A DNA stretch of 64,000 nucleotides. Origin: a bacterium (GTDB taxonomy: Bacteria > JADJOY01). Below, piece by piece: positions 1 to 9,610 of this stretch (position 1 is the stretch's first letter; each line of letters starts with the position of its first letter). A program made the translations under genes and the position numbers. The DNA is taken from NCBI GenBank assembly GCA_046331705.1, contig JAXLQJ010000028.1, positions 1-64,000 on the forward strand, written 5' to 3'. The notes below the pieces were generated by a model that worked only from the letters and a program-made list of their open reading frames with translations, had not been told where the DNA came from and did not search any database.

Positions 1-2
1 CA

Positions 3-1184
3 AGCGCGATCGTCTCTCGAAGCGGCTCGACCGGCGGCACGCTCGACGATCGCAAGCTCACATCCAGCGCTGCGTCATCCGCATCCGAACCGCCGCGCGC
101 CGCGTCGTCTCTCGACACGCACGCGCCCTCCGCTGGCACCACCGAGATCAACACGGCGATGCCGATCGATCGTTTCTCGTCCGCCCGCACCTACAGGCCT
201 CACGCGGCGTGGCCCGATCCCGCGACCTACGACGGGTATGCGAAGCAGACGATCAGGCTTGCGACGATTCTGCCCGACGGGGCGCCCGGCACCACCGAGC
301 TCGAGGGCGTCGCCGACGCCATCCAAAAGGCGAGCGGCGACCACCTGGGGCTCAAGCTCTACCTGGGCGTATCCGGCGACGAGAAGGACATCGTCAAGAA
401 GCTCGAGATCAACCAGCTCCAGGCGGCACACCTCACCGGTCTCGGGCTGGCCGAGATCCTGCCTTCGATCCACGTCCTCGACCTGCCTTTCTTCTTCACC
501 AGCTACGCGCAGGTCGACCGCGTGTACGACGGCGTCCTTTCCTATTTCCAGCAGGCGTTCCGCGAGAAGGGGTTCGAATTCCTGGGATTCACCGAGACCG
601 GCTTCGTCTACCTCTACAGCAACCGGAAGATCCAGAACCTCGCGGATCTTCAGCAGGCCAAGATCTGGGCAGCCGAGGGCGACCCGCTGACGGCGGCCTT
701 CGTCGCCGGGGCCAAGATTCAGTCCGTGCCACTCGCCATCCCCGACGTTTTGACGTCGCTTCAGATCGGGCTCATCGACACCGTGTACGGCCCACCCGCC
801 GGCATGATCGGCCTGCAATGGTTCACCAAGGTCAAGTACGTGCAGGCCGTGCCGTTCGTTCACGCCACCGGCGGTCTGGTGATGACCAAGAAGGCATTCG
901 ACAAGCTTCCGCCGGAGATGCAGGCACCGTTCGCGACGACGGTGGCCGAGCAGGCCGAGCTCATCACCCAATCGCTGCGCAAGGTGAACGAGGAGTCGAA
1001 GCGAGAGATCCAGAAAGCGGGCGTCACGGCCCTGCCCGAGCCGAGCGCCGAGGTCTGGATGCAGCTCCGGGACATCGCGCAGCGAGTGACGGAATCCGAA
1101 GCGGGGCACCTCTACCCGAGAGAGCTGCTCGATGGCGTACGCCGGCTTCGCGACGAAGCCGCGGCAGCGGAAGCGTCGCACTGA
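3..1184 (+). CDS. dctP: TRAP transporter substrate-binding protein (DctP family); reading frame open to the window start, possibly 5' truncated
   Basis: IRLATILPDG...GDEKDIVKKLEINQLQAA...VLDLPFFF...DVLTSLQIGLID are DctP-type motifs. There is no stop in frame between position 3 and the ATG at 159, and no signal peptide after that ATG. Confidence 0.85.
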   Translation, partial: SAIVSRSGSTGGTLDDRKLTSSAASSASEPPRAASSLDTHAPSAGTTEINTAMPIDRFSSARTYRPHAAWPDPATYDGYAKQTIRLATILPDGAPGTTELEGVADAIQKASGDHLGLKLYLGVSGDEKDIVKKLEINQLQAAHLTGLGLAEILPSIHVLDLPFFFTSYAQVDRVYDGVLSYFQQAFREKGFEFLGFTETGFVYLYSNRKIQNLADLQQAKIWAAEGDPLTAAFVAGAKIQSVPLAIPDVLTSLQIGLIDTVYGPPAGMIGLQWFTKVKYVQAVPFVHATGGLVMTKKAFDKLPPEMQAPFATTVAEQAELITQSLRKVNEESKREIQKAGVTALPEPSAEVWMQLRDIAQRVTESEAGHLYPRELLDGVRRLRDEAAAAEASH

Positions 1185-1280
1185 CCTCCTCGCGCCGCCG
1201 TCGCGCTACGCTCTCGCCACACGGGCGGCCGGGCTCGACGAGCCCGCCTGACGCCACCGCGCCCGAGGCGAGGAATCCCC

Positions 1281-2174
1281 ATGCAGATCAAGCGCACACC
1301 GGACGAGCGATTCGAGCGTTTGCCCGGCTACTCGTTCGCACCGCATTACGTCGACGTGGCAGGGCTTCGCATCCACTACGTCGACGAAGGCCCGCGCGAT
1401 GCTGCTCCGGTCCTCTTGATGCACGGCGAGCCGTCGTGGTCGTACCTCTATCGCAAGATGATTCCGGTACTCGTGGCGGCCGGCCACCGGTGTGTCGCGC
1501 CGGATCTGATCGGCTTCGGCCGTTCCGACAAGCCCGCCGACCGGCGCGACTACACCTACCAGCGGCACGTCGACTGGATGCGCGGCTTCCTGGAAGCCAC
1601 CGATCTTCGCCACGTGACGCTCTTCTGCCAGGACTGGGGCGGGCTCATCGGGCTCCGGCTGGTCGCGGAGCACGTCGAGCGATTCGACCGCGTGGTGGCC
1701 GCGAACACGTTCTTGCCCACGGGCGACCGCCCCGGCGGCAAGGCCTTCGAGCAATGGCAGCGGTTTTCGCAGGAAGCCCCGGAGTTCATGGTGGGCGCGA
1801 TCGTGCAGGGTGGCTGCGCCACCTCGCTGTCCGACGAGGTCGTGGCTGCCTACGACGCTCCGTTCCCCGACGACACGTACAAGGCGGGAGCGCGCGTCTT
1901 TCCCATGCTCGTGCCCACCACGCCCAACGATCCCGCGAGCGAGCCCAATCGCGCGGCGTGGGAGGTGCTGAAGCGCTTCGAGAAGCCGTTCTTGTGCGCG
2001 TTCAGCGATCTCGACCCGATCACCAAGGGCGCCGACAAGGTGCTGATCGAGTCCATCCCGGGCGCTCGTGGCCAACCGCACACCACGATCGAGAACGGCG
2101 GGCATTTCCTCCAAGAGGATCAGGGCGAGGCGTTGGCAGCGGTGGTCGCGCGCTTCATCGCCGCGACTTCGTGA
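1281..2174 (+). CDS. dhmA: Haloalkane dehalogenase (alpha/beta hydrolase, HLD-I / DhlA-DhmA type)
   Basis: RTPDERF N-terminus, HGEPSWSYLYRKMIP, nucleophile motif QDWGG, C-terminal GHFLQED; GAGG RBS upstream. Confidence 0.9.
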   Translation: MQIKRTPDERFERLPGYSFAPHYVDVAGLRIHYVDEGPRDAAPVLLMHGEPSWSYLYRKMIPVLVAAGHRCVAPDLIGFGRSDKPADRRDYTYQRHVDWMRGFLEATDLRHVTLFCQDWGGLIGLRLVAEHVERFDRVVAANTFLPTGDRPGGKAFEQWQRFSQEAPEFMVGAIVQGGCATSLSDEVVAAYDAPFPDDTYKAGARVFPMLVPTTPNDPASEPNRAAWEVLKRFEKPFLCAFSDLDPITKGADKVLIESIPGARGQPHTTIENGGHFLQEDQGEALAAVVARFIAATS

Positions 2175-2242
2175 GGACTGCGCGCGCGTCGGCGACGCGC
2201 CGAGGTTCCCGTCGACGCAACGGATTCCAGTCATCGGTTGCG

Positions 2243-2272
2243 TTGACACGTTTCTCGGGCGGGGCATAGAGT
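2243..2272 (+). promoter_or_regulatory. Putative sigma70-type promoter for the UbiA/radical SAM operon
   Basis: Perfect TTGACA (2243-2248), 18-nt spacer, TAGAGT (2267-2272), about 60 nt upstream of the ATG at 2333, in an intergenic gap. Confidence 0.5.
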
Positions 2273-2332
2273 CGCCACCGGGTCACCCCGCCCTCCTCGG
2301 CGACATCGATCAGAGCTCGTTCTCGGCGCAGC

Positions 2333-3271
2333 ATGTCGATCCCGGTGCCTCTCTCCGAGGACGCGGTGGTGCGTCCTCATCGAGCCACATCGAGCTCCGC
2401 CGCGGGGCGCGACGCCGCTGGCCTCCACGATCTGGCGCTGGCGTGGCGGGCGTTGCGGGCGCCGCAATGGCTGCACTTCCTGGTGGTGCCCGCGCTGCCG
2501 CTGCACGCGCTGCTGGGGATCTCGCCGCGTGAAGCCCTCGCTCACTTTCTCCCGGCGGCGCTGGTGGCCTCGCTCTGCCTCGCGTTCGGCTACGGCATCA
2601 ACGCGATCGCCGACCGCGATGGCGATCGCGACGGCACCAAGAACCCACTGGCGGGACGCGCTCGAGTCCCCACCGCCGTGTGGATCGCGGTGCTGGCGAG
2701 CGGCATCGCCGCGCTCGCGCTGGCGTGGCGAGACGCCGCCACCTTGCGCGCGACGCCCGTGTTGATCTCGCTCGCCGCGAGCGCGCTCTACAGCGTCGGG
2801 CCGCGGCTCAAGTGCGTCCCCGTCATCGGCACCCTCACGAACCTCTTCATCTTCACGCCGCTCGCCGCGCTGACGCGGCTCGACGGCACGGACGCGCCTC
2901 ACCTCGGGCTCTTGCTCGTGACCTTCGTGGTGCTGCTCACCCAGAACCAGCTCGTCCACGAGGCCGGCGACCTGGTCGAAGACCGCGGCGCGGGAACCGC
3001 GAGCTCCACGGTCATCTTCGGCACCCGCGCGTCGACGCGGGCGGCGCGCGCGCTGGGAATCGCGGCGGCGTTCGCGTTCGTCGCGGTGTGGGGACCGACC
3101 GGGATGGTGCTCTTCGCGAGCGCGGCGCCGCTCGGCGGGGGAATCCTGATCGGCAGCACGTCTTCCGAGGAGGCGGCGCGCGTGCGCCACGTGCATCGCC
3201 GCCTATCGCTCATCGCCGGCGCCATCTTGTTCCTCCTGGCGGCCGCCTCCACGACGGGCCACCACCCATGA
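2333..3271 (+). CDS. UbiA-family prenyltransferase (polytopic membrane protein)
   Basis: Asp-rich motifs NAIADRDGD...KNPL and HEAGDLVED, YSVGPRLK, multiple hydrophobic helices; ATGA overlap with the next gene. Confidence 0.8.
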   Translation: MSIPVPLSEDAVVRPHRATSSSAAGRDAAGLHDLALAWRALRAPQWLHFLVVPALPLHALLGISPREALAHFLPAALVASLCLAFGYGINAIADRDGDRDGTKNPLAGRARVPTAVWIAVLASGIAALALAWRDAATLRATPVLISLAASALYSVGPRLKCVPVIGTLTNLFIFTPLAALTRLDGTDAPHLGLLLVTFVVLLTQNQLVHEAGDLVEDRGAGTASSTVIFGTRASTRAARALGIAAAFAFVAVWGPTGMVLFASAAPLGGGILIGSTSSEEAARVRHVHRRLSLIAGAILFLLAAASTTGHHP

Positions 3272-4320
3272 CGGGCCCACGGCTTCCCGCGGCGCGCTCG
3301 CTGGCCCGCCTCGGCTGGGCGATGGCCACGCGCCGTCGGCTGCCGTTCTCGATGGTGTTCATCCTGACGAACCGCTGCAACTTCCAATGCGAGTACTGCA
3401 ACATCCCGGCGCAAGCGGGCGACGAGATGAGCGAGGCCGAGTTCCGGCGCGCCATCGACGAGCTCACGGCGCTGGGCATGTCGCGCGCGGCCTTCAGCGG
3501 CGGTGAGGTCACCATCCGACGCGAGTGCGCACCACTGATCGGGTACGCGAAATCGCTCGGGCTCTTCACCTCGATGAACACCAACGCCTGGCTGAGCGCG
3601 GCGCAGATCGACGAGCTCACGCCGAATCTGGACATGGTCGTCACGTCGCTCGACGGCCCCGAGGACGTCCACGACGAGGTGCGCCACCGCAAGGGCTCGT
3701 ACCGGCGGGTGATGGCCTCGCTGGAGCGCTTCTTGGGCTCGGGGGTGGCGGTCGCGACCATCACCACCCTAGGCCCATGGAACCTGCCCCACGTCGAATG
3801 GGTGCTCGAGCAGGCGGAGCGCTTGGGCTTCTTCGCGTATTTCCAGCCCGCCTACGAGGATTGCTTCCACCTCGAGGCCGGCATTCATTCGACGTTCGAC
3901 GGCGCGACCCTCGACTCGATCGCCGCGCGGCTTCAGGTCGCGCGCGCGAGCGGCCGGCCGGTGGGCTCGTCTCCGGGCTACTTCGAGCGGCTCTCGCGCG
4001 CGCCACGCTTCTCCGATTGCGGCACGTGCAAGGCCGGCATCTACTTCGGCACCGTGCTCGCCGATGGCCGCGTCATCCCCTGCCACCTGACCTCCGAGGG
4101 CGCCTACCTCAACGGTCGCGAGGTGGGATTCGCGCGAGCCTTCCTGGAAGCTCCCCATCCCGCCAGCGGCCCCGGCTGCAGCGTCACGCCCCTGGTCGAG
4201 AACGACTTGATCTTCAGCCTCGAGCCACGCGCGATCCTCGCCGCAGCACGCCAGATCCGCGCCGCGCGCCGCACCGCGAAGCCGCGCGCCGCGCGCGGCC
4301 AGCCGGCCGCGCCGGCGTGA
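3268..4320 (+). CDS. Radical SAM protein with C-terminal Cys-rich (SPASM/twitch-like) region
   Basis: CNFQCEYC (CxxxCxxC), FSGGE, SLDG, C-terminal CGTC...DGRVIPC...C. Start set at ATG 3268, overlapping the UbiA stop. Confidence 0.85.
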   Translation: MTGPRLPAARSLARLGWAMATRRRLPFSMVFILTNRCNFQCEYCNIPAQAGDEMSEAEFRRAIDELTALGMSRAAFSGGEVTIRRECAPLIGYAKSLGLFTSMNTNAWLSAAQIDELTPNLDMVVTSLDGPEDVHDEVRHRKGSYRRVMASLERFLGSGVAVATITTLGPWNLPHVEWVLEQAERLGFFAYFQPAYEDCFHLEAGIHSTFDGATLDSIAARLQVARASGRPVGSSPGYFERLSRAPRFSDCGTCKAGIYFGTVLADGRVIPCHLTSEGAYLNGREVGFARAFLEAPHPASGPGCSVTPLVENDLIFSLEPRAILAAARQIRAARRTAKPRAARGQPAAPA

Positions 4321-4408
4321 GCGGCGGGCGCCGGCCACCGTCCGCGTCCGCCGAGCGCGCCCGAGCGCGCCGCGCGCGGCAACCGTGCTCGCGTACGCGA
4401 GCTCCGCG

Positions 4409-5740
4409 ATGAACAAGCTCTTCTTCACCCACATGCTGATCACGGGCCTGGTGCTCGTGCTCGTGATCCGCCGCCTGCTCGCGGCCTCCGATCGGTTCGA
4501 GGCGCTGCGGCGGATCCTGCGGGGCGCCGCCGTGGTGCTGGCCCTGCCGCCGCTGATCTTCTACGCGAGCACGCTCGAATCGCTTCCGCTGTGGGCCAGC
4601 GGGTCGTGGCTCGCGCTGGCGGCGCTGGTGGGATACGCGGTGAAGCGCCGCGGTCGGCGCGCCCTGACGGTGGCGCTCGCGGTGGCGGCCTACACGGTGG
4701 TCCACACGTGGTTCGCGACGTGGCTCTTCTGGACGTTGTCGCCTGGCTGTCGCGAGGTCTGGAGCCAGCCCGGCGCGGTGCGGCTCGACGTGGACGAGGA
4801 CCCATCGCTCCCGCTCCTCAAGAACCGCGGCGAGTACGCGATCGAGGTCGATCCCGAGGAGCGCTTCGTGTACGCGAGCTACGCGCACCGCGGCTTCCTC
4901 AAGGGCGTCGCGCGCATGCGGATCGACGCGCCGGGCGACGTCACGCGGCTCGATGTGGGCGCGCGCGGCATCCTGCACGTGCGCTTCGACCCGGCCAGCC
5001 GCCGGATCTTCGCCGCCGACCACGTCGACGGTCAGCTCTACGTCCTCGCCGAGGAACCGTTCCGCGTGCTCGAGACCATCCCCCTGGGCGCCCAGGAGCC
5101 GATGGATCTGATCATCGACGCGCCGGCACGGCGACTGGTCGTGATCGATCGCACCGAGATCCCGCACGCGCCGAACCGCCCCGATCGCTTCGCCGGGCTG
5201 CTCGTCTTCGACCTCGCCGCGCCGCGCGAGCGCCTGGGCCGCATCTCCCTCGACGAGTTCGCGGGCGCCAACGAGCTCATCACGGTGCCTGGCGAGCGGC
5301 GCATCTTCGTCACCAGCGAGGGCTACATCACGCTCTTCGCCCACGACTTCGTGACCCAGACGAGCCGGCTGATCCGCACGTTCATCCCTGGCATCGGCGG
5401 AGGCGCCGTCGATGCCGAGCGCCGCGAGCTCTACCTCACCCACACCACCGGGCTCGTGCAGGTGCGCGACCTGGATACGCTCGGCTACGAGCGCACGCTG
5501 TTCGTGCGTGGCGCGCGCGCGGTGGTGGTGGACGCCGCGCGCCGAGCGCTCTACATCGGCGACTTCTTCAACGGCCGGGTGAGCCGCATCGATCCCGAGA
5601 CCGGCGCGTCACTCGGATCGATCCGCGTCGGCGTGCGCATGCGTCAGATGAAGGTGCTGCGCGACGGGCGGCTGCTCACGGCCGGCGGGTGCGGAGTCGT
5701 CGTGCTGAACCCGCCGAGAGCCTCGGCGGCGGCGAGCTGA
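4409..5740 (+). CDS. Membrane-anchored beta-propeller protein (YncE/YVTN-like), paralog 1
   Basis: About four N-terminal TM helices, then repeated blade motifs (VDPEERFVYAS, FDPASRRIFAAD, VDAERRELYLT, VDAARRALYIGD); ends AGGCGV. Confidence 0.7.
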   Translation: MNKLFFTHMLITGLVLVLVIRRLLAASDRFEALRRILRGAAVVLALPPLIFYASTLESLPLWASGSWLALAALVGYAVKRRGRRALTVALAVAAYTVVHTWFATWLFWTLSPGCREVWSQPGAVRLDVDEDPSLPLLKNRGEYAIEVDPEERFVYASYAHRGFLKGVARMRIDAPGDVTRLDVGARGILHVRFDPASRRIFAADHVDGQLYVLAEEPFRVLETIPLGAQEPMDLIIDAPARRLVVIDRTEIPHAPNRPDRFAGLLVFDLAAPRERLGRISLDEFAGANELITVPGERRIFVTSEGYITLFAHDFVTQTSRLIRTFIPGIGGGAVDAERRELYLTHTTGLVQVRDLDTLGYERTLFVRGARAVVVDAARRALYIGDFFNGRVSRIDPETGASLGSIRVGVRMRQMKVLRDGRLLTAGGCGVVVLNPPRASAAAS

Positions 5741-5767
5741 TCCCCGGCGCCCGAGCGGCGAGAGCGC

Positions 5768-7081
5768 ATGAACCAATACTTCTTCACCCACATGCTGCTG
5801 GCCGGCCTCGCCGTGCTCGGCGCGGTCTGGCTGGTGTGGATGATCGGCCGTTACGCGGCGCCGCTGCGGCGCTTGCTGCGGATCGCCGCGCTGACCATCG
5901 CGGTGCCGCCCGTGGTCTTCTACACCAGCACGCTCGCGATGCTGCCGCTGTGGGCGAGCGTTCCGTGGGGAGTGATCGTCGCGCTCGCGTACCGTGCCCT
6001 GCGCCGACACGGCATCGGCCGCACCACGGCGATCGCCGGCCTCGGCGCGTACTCGGTCTTCCACACCTGGCTCTTCACGTGCGTCTTCTTCGCGACGTCC
6101 CCCGGCTGCGAGGCGGTCTGGCGCCAACCGGGCGCGGTGCGCCTGGATAGCCAGCCGGACACCACCATGGTCGCGATCCTGCAAAACCGCGGGGAATACG
6201 GGCTCGACGTCGATCCCGAGGAGCGCTTCGCGTACGCGACCTACGCCCACGGCGGCCAGCTCAGCGGCGTGGTACGGGTGTCACTCGAGAAACCCGGCGA
6301 CACCCAGCGCGTGGACCTCGGCGCGCGCGGAATCCTGCACGCGCGCTTCGAGCCGAGCACGCGGCGGATCTATGCCGTGGACCACAAGAATGCCGAGCTC
6401 TACGTGCTCGACGCGGATCCCTTTCGGCTGGTCCAAACGGTCCAGATGAAGGTCCAGGCGCCGATGGATCTCGCGTTCGATCCGGCGGCGGGGCAGGTGC
6501 TGGTGATCGACCGAACGGAAATCGCCGACGCGCCCAATCCCGGCGATCGATTCGCGGGCCTGGTCGCGTTCGACCTCGCGGCGCCCGGCGCTCCCGTCGG
6601 CCGTTACGCGCTCGACAACCATCCGGGGGCCAACGAGATCATCACCGTGCCCGGCGAACGGCGCGCCTTCGTCACCAGCGAGGGGTTCATCACGCTGTGC
6701 GCGTACGACTACGCGAGCCATACGAGCCAGCTGCTCTTCACCGGCATTCCCGGGATCGGCGGAGGCGCCGTCGACGCCGAGCGGCGCGAGCTCTACTTAT
6801 CCCACACGATCGGGTTGGTGCAGGTGCGCGACGTGGACCGGTTCGACTACAAGCGGACCCTGTTCGTGCGCGGTGCCCGCGCGGTGACGGTCGACCCCGT
6901 GCGCAAGGCGCTCTACGTCGCGGACTTCTTCAACGGCCGCGTCAAACGCGTCGATCCCGAAAGCGGTTCCGTGCTCGGGTCCGTCCGGGTCGGCGTCCGC
7001 ATGCGACAGATGAAGGTGCTGCGCGACGGCCGGCTGCTGACGGCGAGCGCCTGCGGGATCGGGGTGCTGAATCCACCGTGA
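5768..7081 (+). CDS. Membrane-anchored beta-propeller protein, paralog 2 (tandem duplicate of 4409-5740)
   Basis: Collinear with the previous gene, with long identical stretches (IPGIGGGAVDAERRELYL, RVGVRMRQMKVLRDGRLLTA). Confidence 0.72.
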   Translation: MNQYFFTHMLLAGLAVLGAVWLVWMIGRYAAPLRRLLRIAALTIAVPPVVFYTSTLAMLPLWASVPWGVIVALAYRALRRHGIGRTTAIAGLGAYSVFHTWLFTCVFFATSPGCEAVWRQPGAVRLDSQPDTTMVAILQNRGEYGLDVDPEERFAYATYAHGGQLSGVVRVSLEKPGDTQRVDLGARGILHARFEPSTRRIYAVDHKNAELYVLDADPFRLVQTVQMKVQAPMDLAFDPAAGQVLVIDRTEIADAPNPGDRFAGLVAFDLAAPGAPVGRYALDNHPGANEIITVPGERRAFVTSEGFITLCAYDYASHTSQLLFTGIPGIGGGAVDAERRELYLSHTIGLVQVRDVDRFDYKRTLFVRGARAVTVDPVRKALYVADFFNGRVKRVDPESGSVLGSVRVGVRMRQMKVLRDGRLLTASACGIGVLNPP

Positions 7082-7222
7082 GCGTCGGCCGGCGGACGCG
7101 CCGCGAGCCGAGCGCGGGCGTGCTGCGTGGTCTCGTGGGCGCGTTTGCGGGCGCGCGACGCCGCGCAGTAACCTCGCCGCGGCGGCCCGGGCCGCTGCCG
7201 GTGGTGGCCTGGAGGGGACCGA

Positions 7223-8356
7223 ATGAACGCTGGCTCAGCGCATCCGCGTCCGCAGCGAGCGGACGTGAGCGTCGTCGTTCCCAGCCATGACGCGGCGCGG
7301 ACCCTGGAGCGCTGTGTCGCGAGCGCGCTCGCGAGCGACGAGCCGCCGCTCGAGGTGATCATCGCCGACGACGCCTCGACGGATGCGACAGCGCGAATCG
7401 CCGCCGCGCTGAGCGCGGCGTACCCGGAGCACGTCCGCTGCGTTCGTCTGGTCGAGCGACGCGGGCCCGCTTCCGCCCGCAACGCCGGCGCGCGAGCGGC
7501 GCGAGCGCCGCTGCTCTTCTTTCTCGACGCCGACACCGAGCTCGAGGCCGACGCGCTGACCCATTTCCGCACCACGATTCGGGACGCCGACGCCGTCTGC
7601 GGCGTCTACTCGCCGACACCGCTCGCTCCCGCCGGCGCCGGCGCACGCTACAAGGCGCTCTTCGATCACTTCAGCTTCTCGCGCGCGGGCGTGACCGGAT
7701 ACGACGGGTTCTCCGCGTACTGCGGCGGCGTTCGTCGGGACGTCTTCTTCGCCGTGGGCGGCTTCGACGAATCCCTCGGGCCGGGGGCCGAGCGCGAGAA
7801 CGAGGAGTTCGGCTACCGGCTGTCCCAGGCGCACCGCGTCCTCATCGATCCCGCGATTCGCGCGCGGCACCATTTCGCGGGCGTCGGGCGACTGAGCCGC
7901 AACTACTTCGTGCGCGTGATGCAGTGGACCGGCCTCTTCCTGGAACGCGGGCGCTTCGAGAGCGCCGGCGACGCGACCGCCGCGGGATCGATCCGCACCC
8001 TCGCGGCGCCGCTTGCGGCTGGCGCTTGGCTGCTGACGCCTCACCTCCCGGACGCGCTGCCGGTCGCCGTCGCGCTCGCGGTCGTCTGGGCAGCGGGCGC
8101 GTGGCCGTTCGTGCGATTCGTCGCGGGCGAGCAGCCGCGCTTCGTGCTCGCGGCGATCGTGCTCAACGTCCATTTCTCGTTCGTCATCAGCGCGGGCGCC
8201 GCGCTGGGGGCGTTACGCCACGTGGCGCAGCGACTCGCTTCTCCGAGACGCGCGCCCGAGACGCCCGCCGATCGCGATCCAGCGGGACCGCCGACTCCGT
8301 TCCCGCCTGCCGCGACGGATCGGGTCGCGGCCGTGCGCGCCGCCCCACCCGGTTGA
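7223..8356 (+). CDS. Glycosyltransferase family 2 with C-terminal membrane helices
   Basis: VSVVVPS, IIADDASTD, GPASARNAG, DxD motif FLDAD, VGGFDE; hydrophobic C-terminus. Confidence 0.88.
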   Translation: MNAGSAHPRPQRADVSVVVPSHDAARTLERCVASALASDEPPLEVIIADDASTDATARIAAALSAAYPEHVRCVRLVERRGPASARNAGARAARAPLLFFLDADTELEADALTHFRTTIRDADAVCGVYSPTPLAPAGAGARYKALFDHFSFSRAGVTGYDGFSAYCGGVRRDVFFAVGGFDESLGPGAERENEEFGYRLSQAHRVLIDPAIRARHHFAGVGRLSRNYFVRVMQWTGLFLERGRFESAGDATAAGSIRTLAAPLAAGAWLLTPHLPDALPVAVALAVVWAAGAWPFVRFVAGEQPRFVLAAIVLNVHFSFVISAGAALGALRHVAQRLASPRRAPETPADRDPAGPPTPFPPAATDRVAAVRAAPPG

Positions 8357-8360
8357 GCGC

Positions 8361-9485
8361 ATGCCGTTGCCGCAGATCCTCGGCACGCTGCGGGCCCTCG
8401 CCGATCCCCGGCAGGTCGGCTACCTCATCTTCTACGTCACGAACCGCTGCAACTTTTCCTGCGATTTTTGCTTCTATCACGAGGAAATCGCCAAGGGACG
8501 AAAGGACGACGAGCTCGCCGTCGACGAGATCGAGCGGCTGGCGGCGAAGCTCGGCCCGCTCGCCCAGCTCTCGCTCACGGGCGGCGAGCCGTTCATCCGC
8601 CCCGAGCTGATCGAGATCGCCACGGCGTTCTTGACGCACACCCACGCGCGCTGGGTCACGATCCCGACCAACGGCTGGTTCAGCGAGCGCGTCGAGCGAG
8701 CGCTCGACGTCCTGACGGCTCGCTTTCCGACCTCCAACTTTCGAGTGGTGCTGTCGGTGGACGGTATCGAGAGCCAGCACGACGTGGAGCGCCAGGCGCC
8801 GGGTTCCTGGCAACGGCTGTGCGAGACCTACGCCGCCGTCGATCGGCTACGGCGGCGCCGCGAGAACCTGGTCCTCGACGCGAACACGGTCTACTCGTCG
8901 CGCACCCAGGCTCACGTCCTCGCGATCCTGCGCGCGCTCGACGAGCGCTTCGCGTTCGACAACCTGTCGCTCACCTACACCCGCGGCCGCCTGCGCGACC
9001 GCGCCCTCGAGCCGACCTTGCACGAGCCCTACCAGCGAGCGCGCCAGCTGATCCTCGAGCGCGCGCGACGCGACGAGGGCCGAGCGCTGTCGAGCGTCTG
9101 GCGCGCCGTCGACGACGTCTCGCACGAGCTCTTGGCACGCGTGGTCTTCGAGGATCGATTCGCGGTCCCGTGCGTCGCCGGTCGCAAGCTGGTCGTCGTC
9201 GGCGAGACCGGCGACGTGTTCCCGTGCGAGGTCCTCGGGACCCGCGTCGGCAACGTCCGCGACGTCGACTACGACTTGCACCGGCTCCTCGCTGCTCCGC
9301 TGAACGAGCGGCTGGTTCGCTGGATCCGCGACAGCCGCTGCAAGTGCTCGTTCGAATGCGCCCACGCGGCCAACACCGTGTGGAACCGGTCCGCGTACCC
9401 AGCCATCGGCCGAGCGTGGCTGCGCAACGCGCTTCGGCGTACCACCCACGAGGCACTCGGTCCGGCCCAGGCTCCCGGCACCTGA
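8361..9485 (+). CDS. Radical SAM/SPASM-domain protein
   Basis: CNFSCDFC, LTGGEPF, C-terminal CVAG...GDVFPCE...GNV...CKCSFEC. Confidence 0.88.
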   Translation: MPLPQILGTLRALADPRQVGYLIFYVTNRCNFSCDFCFYHEEIAKGRKDDELAVDEIERLAAKLGPLAQLSLTGGEPFIRPELIEIATAFLTHTHARWVTIPTNGWFSERVERALDVLTARFPTSNFRVVLSVDGIESQHDVERQAPGSWQRLCETYAAVDRLRRRRENLVLDANTVYSSRTQAHVLAILRALDERFAFDNLSLTYTRGRLRDRALEPTLHEPYQRARQLILERARRDEGRALSSVWRAVDDVSHELLARVVFEDRFAVPCVAGRKLVVVGETGDVFPCEVLGTRVGNVRDVDYDLHRLLAAPLNERLVRWIRDSRCKCSFECAHAANTVWNRSAYPAIGRAWLRNALRRTTHEALGPAQAPGT

Positions 9486-9610
9486 GACGTCATGTCGCCG
9501 CTCGCACGAACCTCGCCCTGGACTCGCTCGACGCGACGGCGCCGCAGCCAGCGCGCGCCCGTTTCCCGAGCTCCCCGACCGAGGCGACTCGACTCGTCGC
9601 GACCAATCCG

